Shown in pieces: positions 10,519 through 22,860 of a DNA stretch of 64,000 nucleotides. Source of the stretch: Lepidodermella squamata (Eukaryota > Animalia > Gastrotricha); assembly GCA_047495785.1 (NCBI GenBank), contig JBLDXI010000029.1, positions 2,604,001 through 2,668,000 on the forward strand, written 5' to 3'. The notes beneath the pieces are model-generated. The model searched no databases, had not been told where the DNA came from, and saw only the letters and a program-made list of their open reading frames with translations. Position 1 is the stretch's first letter. Each line of letters opens with the position of its first letter. Position numbers and translations under genes: made by a program.

Positions 10519-11743
10519 TGTCGAGAATGTACCGATTTTGGCATCCGGCCAAACTGGCACTAGGCCAACATTCCGGAAGATTCTAATCTAGATCTTTCGA
10601 TGGACTATAAATACGCGGTTTTAGTGATATTTGTACATGCGATACTTTCTGATGAGTCACTTGAAATAAACTAGAGAGTTTTCCCTTCTGTCCTGTTGCG
10701 CATACACTACATTATTGGCGACGCAGTCAAATCGGTTGACGCAGTGAAGGCGATCGACGCAATCAAAGCGTTGCAATGAAGCTCGAAAGGTTCGATCCAA
10801 GCCGAGAAAAATTCTCCGATTTCGAAACGCGGTTCGAGTTCTATTGTACTCACCAACAGCTGGCGAAGGAAAGCAGCGTTCATCGTGTCGTTGTCGGTCG
10901 ATGTTTTTCGGAAGCTTATCGACTTGCTGGGAAGCAAGGATGTCAAGAGTGGCGATGTCAAGCTGGCCGACTGCATCAAGGTGCTTCGAGATTTCTATGA
11001 TCCGAAACCGACACAATTGTCAGAGCGCGTACGGCTTCACAGACTCAGAAGACAGCCTGGACAGACGGCAGTCGAGTTTGGCGCGGCTCTGCAAGCGACA
11101 GCGAAGAACTGCAACTTCAAGGACGACGCCAAGGACCCTGAGGAGGCGCGATTGCGGGATTGTTTCGTCGCAGGTTACGACGACGCGTATATCCAGGAAC
11201 GCATGATGGCCGAGAAGGAGTTGACCTTCAAGCAGGCAGTCGAACTCGCAACAAGGTTGGAGTTGGCTCAGAAGGCGGCTCAAGTCTTCAGGGGCGGTGC
11301 AACCGATGGTGTGGAAGTCAATGATGAAGCTACCACGGCATGGCTAGGTGCTGGTATGTGTGAATTCTTGACGAGTTGGCGATTAGGAATCGAGTCATTC
11401 GTCAGGCGAATCGCTCGATATTGGTTCGGGGCGATTTCAGAAGAACCAAGCTGCACGTTGGCTATGGAGGTTTGTAAGGCAACGGGCGACGTTGGTCGTT
11501 ACAAGACCTGGAGTCGAACTGCAGGATGGATGTCTTCTTGGAGGGGAAGGTGTCGAGAATGTACCGATTTTGGCATCCGGCCAAACTGGCACTAGGCCAA
11601 CATTCCGGAAGATTCTAATCTAGATCTTTCGATGGACTATAAATACGCGGTTTTAGTGATATTTGTACATGCGATACTTTCTGATGAGTCACTTGAAATA
11701 AACTAGAGAGTTTTCCCTTCTGTCCTGTTGCGCATACACTACA
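10519..11743 (+). mobile_element. 1225-bp internally deleted Ty3/Gypsy (Mag-like) LTR retrotransposon
   Basis: Two identical 193-bp LTRs (10519-10711, 11551-11743), 5-bp TSD CAAAT, PBS TGGCGACG and PPT GGAGGGGAAGG. Confidence 0.95.
10776..11330 (+). pseudogene. gag: Mag-like gag with a frameshift near 10870; truncated, pol deleted
   Basis: MKLERFDPSREKFSDFETRFEFY... then ...LSERVRLHRLRRQPGQTAVEFGAALQATAKNCNF...RLRDCFVAG...LTFKQAVELA, typical of Mag-clade gag. Confidence 0.85.
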
Positions 11744-12533
11744 CAAATTTCAAATAGTTGCTCACAACTCTTCGCCATTAAAATTAAATGTTGCCGCAGT
11801 TTTTTACAATGTTTGGGTGCTTTATGCTGGTCAGACATAATGTTGTGCAGGACGTTGAGCAGTTGGAATCTCGTTGAGCAACCTTTAAGCACAGATTGTG
11901 CACAGATTGAGCACAGATTGAGCACGGATTGAGCACGGATTGAGCACTTTAAGCACAAGTTGTGCAATTGAGCAAAAATGCTCAACGGAGAGATATTATT
12001 ATAGCTAAATTTCTATGGCTAAATGGTCAAATAATGGCACGGGAAAGAGATTATTAGCGAGAGCATTTTGAGATGCTCTGAATTCCTTGTGAGCCCTGTA
12101 CCATTCACTGGTTTTCGCGTGAATTCGAGACGGCACAACAATATTTTTCAACTCGGCCGCGCCTTGCCTCAAATCACACCGGCTCGTGACCTACAATGAA
12201 TAAGTTCATCAATCCATCAAAATTCATCCGCTGAAAATGGGTTCGCCCAAAAAATTCATCTCCCAGACAGAGTGCATACAAACCTAACACCTTTAACCAT
12301 CAACAGCATCGCGTACTAAGAGCAGATTTCACCATTTTTGTTCAACTTTAAATTTTTGGATAACATCCAGTTTCAAACAAGCAATTATACTGCTTAATCG
12401 TTGGCTAGTTAACGTGAAAACCTTAGCATGTTTTGCAGACGCTTGTGGCAGTTGAAACAAAAACAGCAAAGCGCATCTACAGTGTATTAACACTCAATGC
12501 AGTATTAACTACTCTCCTTTAGCATCAAAGAAT

Positions 12534-15500
12534 ATGTTGGCCTGCAATTGGAATTATTTAATTTTGATAACTGCAGTTTTATCGGCATTTTTGACAAATA
12601 GCGAGGCTTGCCCTTCGCCATCGCCTGCATCAAGCTTCGTACCATTTACCAGCCCGCCAGCATTTGCTTGCCCAAGCAATCAGATATGCGTGCCAATCAG
12701 TAACCTGTGCGCAGATTCGTCGAAATCTTGCCAGCCAATAGCCAGTGCCACTGGATCTTGCCCAAGCAGCCAGATATGCGTACCAACCACTAACCTGTGC
12801 TCAGATTCATCAAAATCTTGCCAGCCAATAGCCAGTCCCTCCGTCGTAAGTCATGTTGCCTGATATGCTACGATGGATATGAGGGATGGACACCGGAGAG
12901 TAGGGTTCTGAAACGTACTGTTTTTCCTGTACTTTCTTGCTTGAACAATATGACATGCGTGTCAAGAACCAATCTACAACCACACCTTCCACGGTAAGAC
13001 GAAATTATTACGGCGGCGAAATAGCGGGCTGCCACATAAACGCGACCAAATAGCGATATAAATTGTGAAATGTCGCGAAATGTCGGGTGAAAAATGGCGC
13101 ACTTTTTATTGAATTCAGATGAAATTAACAGCTCTTTTCGGTTACGAAATTGCGCAATAACTTGACCTAACGGCGTGGTTGGCTCTTCATATTTTTCCGC
13201 TAAAACTAGGTCTTCATGCCTGTAACCATGATCAAAGTCGATTTTCTCAATTTCCTGATGAAATAGAGATTCATTAAAGCAAAAATACCTTTTATAATTC
13301 AATTTTGCTTTGGTATTTTGTTGCTACAAGCCACCTAATATTGCTACATAGCCGTAGTTGGCGTTAATAAGTGCTTTCCATTTTCCAACAAAATAACCGC
13401 AATTTTGGAACATTGTCACCTTACCACGATCGAAGCGAGAAATATTCCAAGAATTTCCTGAAAATCGTTTTTCAGAAAAAACTTTTTCCCGTTTCATTCT
13501 GATAGAGTAAACTCGAAAACATTGAGGCAAGCGGATTCAACTCTCATTTATTTTTCATTCAAACCCCTAAATGAGTTTCCGCTTGTTCAAAATGAATTGA
13601 ATAGGGGTAGTAATGATGAAATAAATTGCATAGGTAATAGTTGATGAACAAGCGAGCGAAGCGAGCAAATTTTTAGCAAAATTAAAAAAATAGGCTGATC
13701 CGGATGCTTGGAAAGGCTCTCAATTGCAAAGCATAACGACTAATAAAGGCCCAAAAATCTTCCGGGAATGCTTAGTAAAAGCGAACATTTCACCACTTTC
13801 TGGCGGCCCTTTTTGACTGGCGGCCCCTGGGCACGTGCCCTCTATGCGCATGCGTTAATGCGGCCCTGTTTACAGGATGCACCCATTTGACGCCACGCCC
13901 CTTGTCAAAGTCCACTTTTTTAATTTTGTTGACCAACTTTACACTCTGATTTTCTATTCGGCGGATTTGCGCTGATATATTAATGATTCTTAAGCGTAGA
14001 GCATAGTCAGCTAACATTTTTGAGACCAGGCTGGTCGTTGTAGCCGCCGTATTTAAGAAGTTATTAACCCTTCCGCTGCCGGAGGCTTTCTCCGCAGGGA
14101 ATTCATTTTCTCCGCCGAGAAACGGTTCTTTTGCGTTGTTTAAGGCGCGGTTGAACTTTCCTCGATCCCCCCTTAAACCTATAATATTTTCGTAATTTCG
14201 ATTTTTGTGAATTTTCTCGCTACAATCTGGAAGAGGTCCGGCTAAATTTAAAACGCGCTGCTAAACCGCAAGTCGATACCTCTCAACGTTTGAAGCCAAT
14301 AAGCCTCGCGGTAAAATGTCAGATAAAAAACTGGCGTTGTTTTAAATATCTGCGTTTCTCATTACATACAACTTATAATTGCATGCTTATAACATACTTA
14401 TAACAGCTCACTTACACCCTGTGCCAAATCACTGCGACTCAAGGCAGCACAGGCGTCACGCAACCGAATGTGAAGTTTTGCACCTCAAACGCCGGTAGCT
14501 GTACTTCAGTTCTAACCTCCGGCGCCGTGGTAATCTAGCAAGCCTACAATGTGTCCTATTAGTTAAGCAACCAGGGAAAAATATTGATAGTGCATCAAAT
14601 ACGGCTATCAAAATTGATAATCGATGATGATCAGAGATCAATCGTGAACTGCGCTGAAAAGATCACTTTCAATCAAGCTTTATTATAGGTGTGCGACAGC
14701 AACAATTAACAAATTAGCACGGTGGGGGTGGTGGAGAGGGCGAATTTAGAATTTATCTGACCAAAGGATCCCCCACCTCTCTGTGGTTTTTTGAGGTTTT
14801 CTTGCCAGGACTTCTCAGGATGGTGGGTACGGTACCCGTCGTACCCCCCGGTACTTCGCCCAATGGTTGCAAAGCTTTATAGATTTTTGTATATGGTTGC
14901 TTATCTCATAGGACGGATCGTTGTAAACAAATATGTTCTCGCTATTAGCCCATGGGAGAATTGGTTTGCATCACCAAAACGACTATTTAGATCACCAAAA
15001 CAACAGGTTAGATCACCTAATCTAAACTGTCAAAAATGATCACCAAAACGACGTGTTAGATTACCAAAACTAAGTTTATATCATCAAAAACCAGTTTAGA
15101 ACACCAAACGTTAAAATGACTAAGTTTGCAACACCAAACATAGAAATTCTTCCCGCACCCCTGCGGGATCTGTGGGATAGCGTGCGGGATAGCTGGGGGA
15201 AAGTATATATTATACATTATAGGATGATAATCATAGGTGGATTTCCCAATGAATAATAAGCCTGAAGGGAAAATCTTACGGCGGTACCGAATTTCATTTT
15301 ATCCGGTTTTTCACTGGTTAGGGTTAGAACTGGGGACATAAAATTGGAAAATTTGAAACTGCTTTGAATAATTTGGTGCAGAATTTAATGATGTTTGGTA
15401 ACGAATTCACTATATTCCCAGCCTGAAGCCTACAGGCTCGAGGCGCAGCCGTAGGCTACAATGGCGGGTTGAAGGGCTAGTATTCATCTACGTCAACCGA

Positions 15501-16563
15501 TGACACCCGAATTTGGTTGCCAACCAGCTTCGAAAATCATCCAATCCGGATAACGCCTGCTAGGGCCCCACTAAAAATGGCTGCAAGTTTGCAACACCAA
15601 ATCGCCAATTTTGTTTTTTTCTGTTTGAGTCAAGTGTGCACTACACAGGAGCATTGAACTGACCGGCAAACACAAATGCGGGCGGAAGAAAAATGTTTCC
15701 CGCCGCGGGGTTGATTGTTGTCGCCTTGCACTTGTCAGGCAACTTTTATTATTCGTTCAATGTCAAATGCGCGATCACTCGATCGAAATGAACAAAATTT
15801 CTTGCGATTTGGTGTTGCAAACTTGCAGCCATTTTTAGTGGGGCCCTAGCAGGCGTTATCCGGATTGGATGATTTTCGAAGCTGGTTGACAACCAAATTC
15901 GGGTGTCATCGGTTGACGTAGATGAATACTAGCCCTTCAACCCGCCATTGTAGCCTACGGCTGCGCCTCGAGCCTGCAAACTTAGCCATTTTAACGTTTG
16001 GTGTTCTAAACTGGTTTTTGGTGATATAAACTTAGTTTTGGTAATCTAACATGTCGTTTTGGTGATCATTTTTGACAGTTTAGATTAGGTGATCTAACCT
16101 GTTGTTTTGGTGATCTAAATAGTCGTTTTGGTGATGGAACTTATAACACCCTTAGCCCATTTGTTCTTTTTAGACGGCAACTGGTGTCACGACTACGTCT
16201 TTCTCGACTTTTTCTGACTGTTGCACGGCTGCAGGATCAGGTGCTCATATCAAATACGAAAGTGTACCTTTCGGTACTGCAGCACCAGTGATTGCTTGTG
16301 TCGGAGCCACCAAAGCAAATGCCTACCCGCTGAGCGGCGCTTCTGCTACATACGTTCCTATAAGTTGCGTGCGATTCCCGCATACTGCCATTTTATCTAG
16401 CGATTTGCTTACATCGGGCACCTTTGTAACCAAACCAACCACGACGTACGAATTCGAAAGCTATGCCGCATGCTGCGTTGGTCTTAGTGGAAGGGACTTT
16501 GTAACCTTCGGAAAGGCCACGATTTACGGTGTCGCATTCGACAAATGCACAGCCGCCCCCTGA
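12534..16563 (+). CDS. Secreted Cys-rich family gene A1 (~274 aa); exons 12534-12845, 14407-14529, 16174-16563; lacks the family's third intron
   Basis: Signal peptide and GT-AG phase-0 introns. The spliced frame gives the family motifs YTLC...VKFCTSNAGSC, FSTFSDCC, IKYE, CVRFPHTA, YAACC and IYG...C. Confidence 0.85.
14954..16151. mobile_element. Mutator/MULE-like foldback element in intron 2 of A1
   Basis: 9-bp TSD TTAGCCCAT (14945-14953, 16152-16160) and GGG...CCC termini. Long inverted arms: ~14966-15130 plus ~15434-15604 versus ~15803-16136. Confidence 0.88.
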
Positions 16564-16807
16564 GCTCGACTTGCGCCTTCTATTTTAAATCGACTTCACT
16601 GAGTGTGATAATTGCCTCGAAACGGAAGCTTATTTGATTCTAATTCGATTTACTTGATCGCGGCAAAGCGTCGACGAGGAGCATTTGTTTTTCAGTAACT
16701 CCGACTCGAAATTTGCAATAAATTTGCATTATGGAAAACAACTTAATATAACATATTTTCGAATGATATTTTACTGCAACTCAATACATTTTTCCTCATA
16801 TTTCCAT

Positions 16808-17184
16808 CATGAGACGTACTATAGGACGCCGCGGCTTGCTGAGAATCTGAAAAAGTGTGATATTTTTAATGAGGTCCAAAGTCCAACTCGACCAATGAAT
16901 CATCTCATTACACTTTTTGCAATAATCTCAAGCCTCTTTTTTGCTTAAGATCAACGAGATCAACACATCTTTACACAGCGTCACGCCGATCTTTTGCTGT
17001 TAAAGAATTCTCATAAGTTTTTAATTTTTGACATTTAAAAAATTAAATTAAAATTTCTTCAATTTCGAAATTACTGGACTAAAATTTAATTCGTATGCAC
17101 ATTCCGATATGCACAGTCCGCGGCCTTCAAGAGGCCCATGTAACGGGAGCTTCGAAGCCGCGGCGTCCTATAGTACGCCTCATG
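16808..17184. mobile_element. hAT-type MITE (377 bp)
   Basis: 30-bp TIR CATGAG(A/G)CGTACTATAGGACGCCGCGGCTT; 8-bp TSD ATTTCCAT. Confidence 0.92.
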
Positions 17185-17244
17185 ATTTCCATGGTATTTA
17201 GTTGAAAGCGCATATTTACACCGCCTTCCCACATGTGGTCATGT

Positions 17245-18066
17245 TTTAACCGAGGGCGAGGGCCACAGTTTTCATTTTTCATTGCAGTTACCAGGTGTAA
17301 ACATCTGGATCTTGAACAAGCTCAAAATGCCCTTGCTAATAATCTCTTTCCGTACCATTTTTCAGCTATTTGTAGCTATTTGGCCATGTTCACTTATTGC
17401 GTGTTTATTCCTTTGATCGAGGAACAATGAATTATAGGTAAATTTTTATGGCTAAAAGATGGTTGAATAATGGCGCGGGAAACAGATTATTAGCGAGAGC
17501 ATTTTGAGGGTTTCTAAGGTAAAAAGCTATATTTTCTTCCATGTGAACCGTGTACCATTCACTGGTTTTCGCGTGAATTTGAGACAGACGGCACAACAAT
17601 AATATCTTTCCACTCGGCCGCGCCTTGTCTCAAATCACACCGGCTCGTGGCCTATTAATCAGTTCATTTTGGCCATCAAAATGTATCCCCTGAAAATGCT
17701 TTCGCCCTCAAAATTCATCTTCCAGACAGAGTGTGCACAAACCTAACACTTTTCAACGTTGACAACATCGCGCACCCTGAGCAGATTTCGGAATAGTTGT
17801 TCAAAACATACAATAAGGGCGAGTCATGCGACAAAAGCTGTCGGTAGAAATAAATAGGTGAAATAAACCATGCCCTCTGTCACTTGATGGAAAACATCCG
17901 GTTTCAAACAAGCAATTATACTGCTTCATAGTCGGCTAGTTATCATGACTACCTGGGCATTTGTTTTGAAGATTGACGACAGTTTAAAACAAAAACAGTA
18001 TAGAGCATCCACAGCGCAATAACACTCATCACTGCAGTATTAACTAGCCATTCAGCATCAACAACT
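17245..18066 (+). promoter_or_regulatory. Conserved upstream region of the A-type genes (uninterrupted copy)
   Basis: Aligns with 8545-8666 + 10065-10130 + 11996-12533 upstream of A1, and partly with 22630-23210 upstream of A3. Confidence 0.6.
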
Positions 18067-20267
18067 ATGTTGCCATGCAAATGGAATCGTTTACCTTTGG
18101 CAACGGTTATTTTATCAGTATTTTTGACAACTAGCGATGCTTACACTTCGCCATCGCCTACGTCAAGTTTCGTACCATTCACCAGCCCGCCGAACAATTG
18201 TACTGGAGTTTGTCCAACCGGTACGACATGCGTGGCAACCGCTAACCTGTGCTCAGATCTTACAAAATCTTGCCAGCCAATAGTCAATCCCTCTACAGTA
18301 AGTCATGTTTTCTGTTATGCTATGACGGACAGTAGTGTTCCGAAACGTCCCCACAGTTTTTTCCGGTACTTTCTTGCGTGAACAGTGTGCCATGCGTGTC
18401 TAGATGCACTTGACCCGTGCTCAGGAGTATGGAAATGGGTAACTGCCATTTAAAATTATAAAGAGCAGAACCGCGTTTTAATAGGCAGGGCCCTGTATGA
18501 AGTGGCTTGCATGAGAGCCTGCTGGGCAAGTGGTTGAAACTGGATAGGTTGCGACCTTTTGCCTTGAGCGAACTCTTCACGCATTTAGTCACAGGTGGAA
18601 TGCTTTAGTGGTTGTTCGACGGTTTTAACCATAGGTTTTAACTGTTGATCTAGGTATTCTTCAGACTGACTTATTAGGTTCGAAGAAGGCCGGCCCCTAA
18701 TATAAGGCAGGGACTTGAACTCCGTTTGGGAAAATACCTCTCTCTTATAATCTCTTATAGTAGCCATAGCCATTTAATAGCTATATGGGTAATAGCCATT
18801 TAAAATATTAAAGGGCAGAACGCAGAACCGTATTAATAGGCAGGACTTTGTATGAAGTGGCTTGCATGAGAGCCTGCTGGGCAAGTGGTTGAAGCTGGAT
18901 AGGTTGCGACCTTTCGTCTGTAAGCGCACTAATCGTCATTTATCCACCTTAATCCACTTGAGACTTGAGCAAACTCTTCACGCAAGTAGTCACAGTTGGA
19001 AGTAGCTATAGTGGTTATTCGGCGGTTTGATCCAAGTATTCTTCAGACTGCTTTTTTCGATATAAAAGCACAAAGAATTGCGAATTTCTAACTCGAGATA
19101 TCCCTAAACCTGGCTGGCTTCATAAGGTCTTAAAGGTGTACGCCGATTAACTATACCCCTACCCCTTTTCTCAACGTTTTCAATAAGGAATATTTTTGTG
19201 TCTGCCACTGAGCATGGTCCAGTGGGCAAAAATCGGAACACTGCTCATTAGATTCGAAAAAAGGACAAAATAGGAAAAAAGATTACAATAAATACAATAG
19301 CCCAAATACCCTAAATTGAATGACTTGAATTGAAAGTCAAAGTGAAATTTTTGTCTTTTTAAAAATAAGTTTTAGACGAATGTTGGCGACTTCCCGACTG
19401 AAAGAGTTCGGGACAGATGCTGGCTTTTCCGAGGCTTGATCCAACAAACAGATAAAATTTTCCGTTGCCATGATTGAATGTGTAGCTAAAAACATCAGTC
19501 GTAGGTGCGGATATTGAGCTTGAAAATGACTAATTGAATATTTAACTTTATTTCTTATTATTTATAACGCAACATTTACCATTTAAATACAACGATTTCT
19601 TTTTTCTCGATGACCAGTCAAGTTACCGGCTGTGTATTATGTCAACCCTGGGGTCGGGGGCTGCTGGAGTTGGTCAAGTATCTCAAACTGTCAAGTTCTG
19701 CCAAAACGTCGCCGGAGCTTCGTGTAGTCAGTATCTGACTGTTGCATTGGTAATTATTTCATTAGCTCACCCAAACACGTCAGTCTATATCGATTGATAA
19801 GGTTAGACTGCTTCAGACCCGACCAACAGCTTCAGCACATTTGCTGCATGCTGCGTAGCCACACAGACGCCTGCTAACGTTGCCTTCATCAAATACGAAG
19901 TCCTCCCGCAGGCCACCGGTACCCCCGGCATATTCACCTGTATCGGTGGAATCGATGCAAATCCTTACAAAATAACAGCTGCAAATACTGTATCACCTTC
20001 TGGCTCCTGCGTTCGTTTCCCACATACAGCTAGAGCCATCACCGACGTAATTGTATCCAGCGGATTGGTGAGCAAGTGCTTTGCTCTTAATCTTCATGTA
20101 TAGGTTAAAATTGATTGATATATACGTTGCAGACAGGAGTCACCACATTTGCCCACTCAACCTTCGCGAGTTGCTGCCTAGCTCTCGGTGCAACGGGTAC
20201 GAAAAGCGTCGGCACAGCCACCATATATGGTATTGCGAATATGGAAGTATGCGACGGTTCCAATTGA
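18067..20267 (+). CDS. Secreted Cys-rich family gene A2 (~252 aa); exons 18067-18297, 19618-19749, 19807-20067, 20133-20267
   Basis: Signal peptide, all exon lengths are multiples of 3, GT-AG introns, and the 10-Cys C-terminal domain is intact. Confidence 0.88.
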
Positions 20268-20602
20268 ATCCTATTCAGCCCTCATCGTAGATGAAAGGGC
20301 TCCAGCTATTTACTGAATGAAACGAAGAAATAATGAATCTATGTTTTGTTTTCGTCCTTCTGTATGGGCGTTTGCTGTGATTTGCTTTCGCTCAACATTT
20401 ACTAAACGTTTCGCATAAATTCAAATTTCACCCCCAATTCGATGCGATTCCTGACGATTCCCCTCAATGAGATCAGAGAACGATGGTATTCAGGGGAGGG
20501 GTTTAGGGACTTATAACTTTATAGCTGAGGCATCACTTTTAAGAGAGTCCAGGCAGCCGAGTCGACACTGGGTTGGACGTTGCTGATGGCTGCCGTCTTT
20601 GA

Positions 20603-20773
20603 ATGGGTTCAGATAATGATATCAAGGTGGGTAAGATTTCGGATATGTATAACGCTCTTTTGACCGCCAGAGTGGTCGCTTATCGCGAAGCAGGGCAATC
20701 ACTGATGATGATAGCTCGTCGACTGGGCATTCCCAGGAGCTCCGTACAGTATGTTTATAAGATGTACGGCTGA
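20603..20773 (+). pseudogene. Tc1-like transposase N-terminal HTH remnant (56 aa)
   Basis: Translates to ...ARVVAYREAGQSLMMIARRLGIPRSSVQYVYKMY, a paired-like HTH pattern of Tc1/Tc3 transposases. Confidence 0.6.
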
Positions 20774-22120
20774 TAACATAACCGTATTGTCGCCATTCAT
20801 GTCGTAGATATGTTTGTTTATAAGTCGCTCAGTCTTACCGGGTGTGCTTTTGATTAAGCCAGTCTAAAGGACAAGGGGCGTTAACGCACAGGAATCGGCA
20901 ACAAGTGGGGCGTTAAGAATCGCCTGCGGCAAAATGTTCAGTTTTTGGCTAGAAAAAAACTAGAAAATAGTCCGCGAGCTGTAGTTTACGAATTTGGCCA
21001 TGCCATCTTTAACCGAGAAGGGCAAAGGGGAGAAACAAATTGCTGAAGATGACGAAAAATTCAAAAACCGTCCCAAATTAGCGTACCGGTAAGATTTAGC
21101 TGGTTCAAAGAAGGCGTCGAGGAAAACCCATAGGCCAAAAATGGCCGGTACGGAAATTTGTCTCTAGACAGGAGAGCAAATGACGTCACTGCAGAAACGT
21201 CAAAAACCTCAAAAGTAGACGGCCTACTCACCCTCAATTTCGCATTTAAATTAGATAAAAAAAATCTAATGCACATCACAAAATAATATTTAATTGTGTT
21301 TGATTTTTTAACCAAATTAAGTACAATTTACGTGAAGGTATAAAAGGCGCATTTTTTCTTCGTCTATTTTTTCTTTCATGTTGTCGCAACGAAAATCATC
21401 GCTTTTTTCTGCGCCCAGTTGTCAAATAGTTACATCTTTACACGCTAGCAGATAATTCTGCAAAGCTTTCACGCGATAGTGGCAATGGACAAATAGATTC
21501 AGAATGAAAAGCTCTAAATGGTGGTATAATTTTAATTTCATCATTTTTTTGAGCCGATTTTCCATCTTGACGCCCCTTGTTCTTTCGGAAAAATCAGAAT
21601 CGTTATGTGTAATTCTGCCCGACTCGGCGTTCGCAACAGCTGTTTCAGCGAGGATCTCCGTCCCCATCGTGGGGGAAGACACTGGCCTTTCGCCTATGAG
21701 GACGACACCGCTCATTCTCCAGCTAATTCATTCTCTTCCGCTGCACCTCGATGTTACGAAGTTTCGGTAGGAGATCGGAGGCTGTCTCACGATCTGTGAC
21801 AAACTGAGCCGCTTCGAGTCCCAGAACCGCCGAGTTCTCCGTTCTCCGGCGTGTGGTAGCCGATACCGTGCCTCGCCTTGGGACTTTCATAATTCCATGG
21901 TTGGTGTCAACTTGCAAGTGTCAACTTTCTTGTAATCCATTGTGTTTCAAGTTGTAAGTTAATTTTTGACCCGCGCGCCAGTGGGTCAGTGATTCCGCAA
22001 AATTACCATCTTGTCTCGGGATTATTTCGCCGGCGCCAAAAAATGTTGCAAAACAAAGCACTCAGCGTCCTCAGCGAGACGGGTGAGCATTTTTACCTAC
22101 AATGTTTTTGTAATATTTCT

Positions 22121-22298
22121 ACGCGAGCTGCTCTTTCACGTGGTATAAGATTTGAGATTTGAGGTGGGCAATCCGACCGATGTTACGATACCTACAATAA
22201 CCTCGTTGCCACTTTCGTTTCATTTATTTTGATGAGATCAAGACTGAGCAGCAATTGCCCACCTCACATCTTATACCAAGTGAAAGAGCAGCTCGCGT
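22121..22298. mobile_element. Palindromic MITE (178 bp)
   Basis: ~45-bp inverted arms ACGCGAGCTGCTCTTTCAC..GGTATAAGAT..GAGGTGGGCAAT; TCT on both flanks. Confidence 0.85.
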
Positions 22299-22699
22299 TC
22301 TATATGCATGCAAAATTTGGTGAACATCAGAGATATCCGTTTTGAGAAGCACTCGATTCTTAAACAATGCTGATCAAAATTGTAGCTTGTAGCTTGAGTG
22401 GTTACTCAGGTCATTTTTCTCTACGACCACCGTATACATTTTACAACCGTATCGTAGCCGTTTATGTCGTGGATTTGTTCGTTGGTAAGTCGATCAGTCC
22501 CGCCTGGCGTGCTATAAATCCAGCCGGTATACCTGTGAGAGAGTGTGAATTTGCAGTGTGAAATGCTGCCCGACTCAGTATACGCAGCAGTTGTTTCAGA
22601 GTCGATCTCCGTTGTTCGCCCGTTATGCGATTATTCCTTTGATCGTGGAACAATTAATTATTGCTAAACTTTTATGTCTAAATAACGGCCAAATAATAA

Positions 22700-22860
22700 T
22701 ATCTCTCCTTTGAGCACTTTTGCTCAATTGCACAACTTGTGCTCAAAATGCTCAATGAATGTTCAATGTGTCCACAATTTGAGATCTTCTGTTATGTCAG
22801 CAGAAACCTATCGTAAGTGCTCAACTTGTGCTCTACAGGATAACAAGTTATCATTGAACA
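22700..22860 (-). mobile_element. Truncated inverted copy of the TTGAGCAC TIR element (same family as 10131-11993)
   Basis: ATCTCTCCTTTGAGCACTTTTGCTCAATTGCACAACTTGTGCT matches the reverse complement of ~11950-11995. Confidence 0.75.

Larger units (their letters stand above)
10131..11993. mobile_element. TIR DNA transposon (MITE-like) with many subterminal TTGAGCAC motifs; hosts the LTR element
   Basis: TCTCTCCGTTGAGCA / TGCTCAACGGAGAGA flanked by TA. Absent from the paralogous promoter at ~17420-17445. Confidence 0.85.

Noticed and set aside
10645-10675. Hammerhead-like CTGATGA...GAAA in the Mag LTR (similar partial matches at ~1990, ~21043, ~38155)
   Set aside because: No stem II or III pairing; TGAGTCA in the LTR is more simply an AP-1-like site.
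11330-11595. C-terminal extension of ORF 10885..11595 as real protein
   Set aside because: It runs across the internal deletion junction into the PPT and 3' LTR.
14904-14930. Possible 11-nt micro-exon (CATAG|GACGGATCGTT|GTAAAC) in A1 intron 2
   Set aside because: It would shift the frame; exons 2 and 3 already join in phase 0 and match the paralogs.
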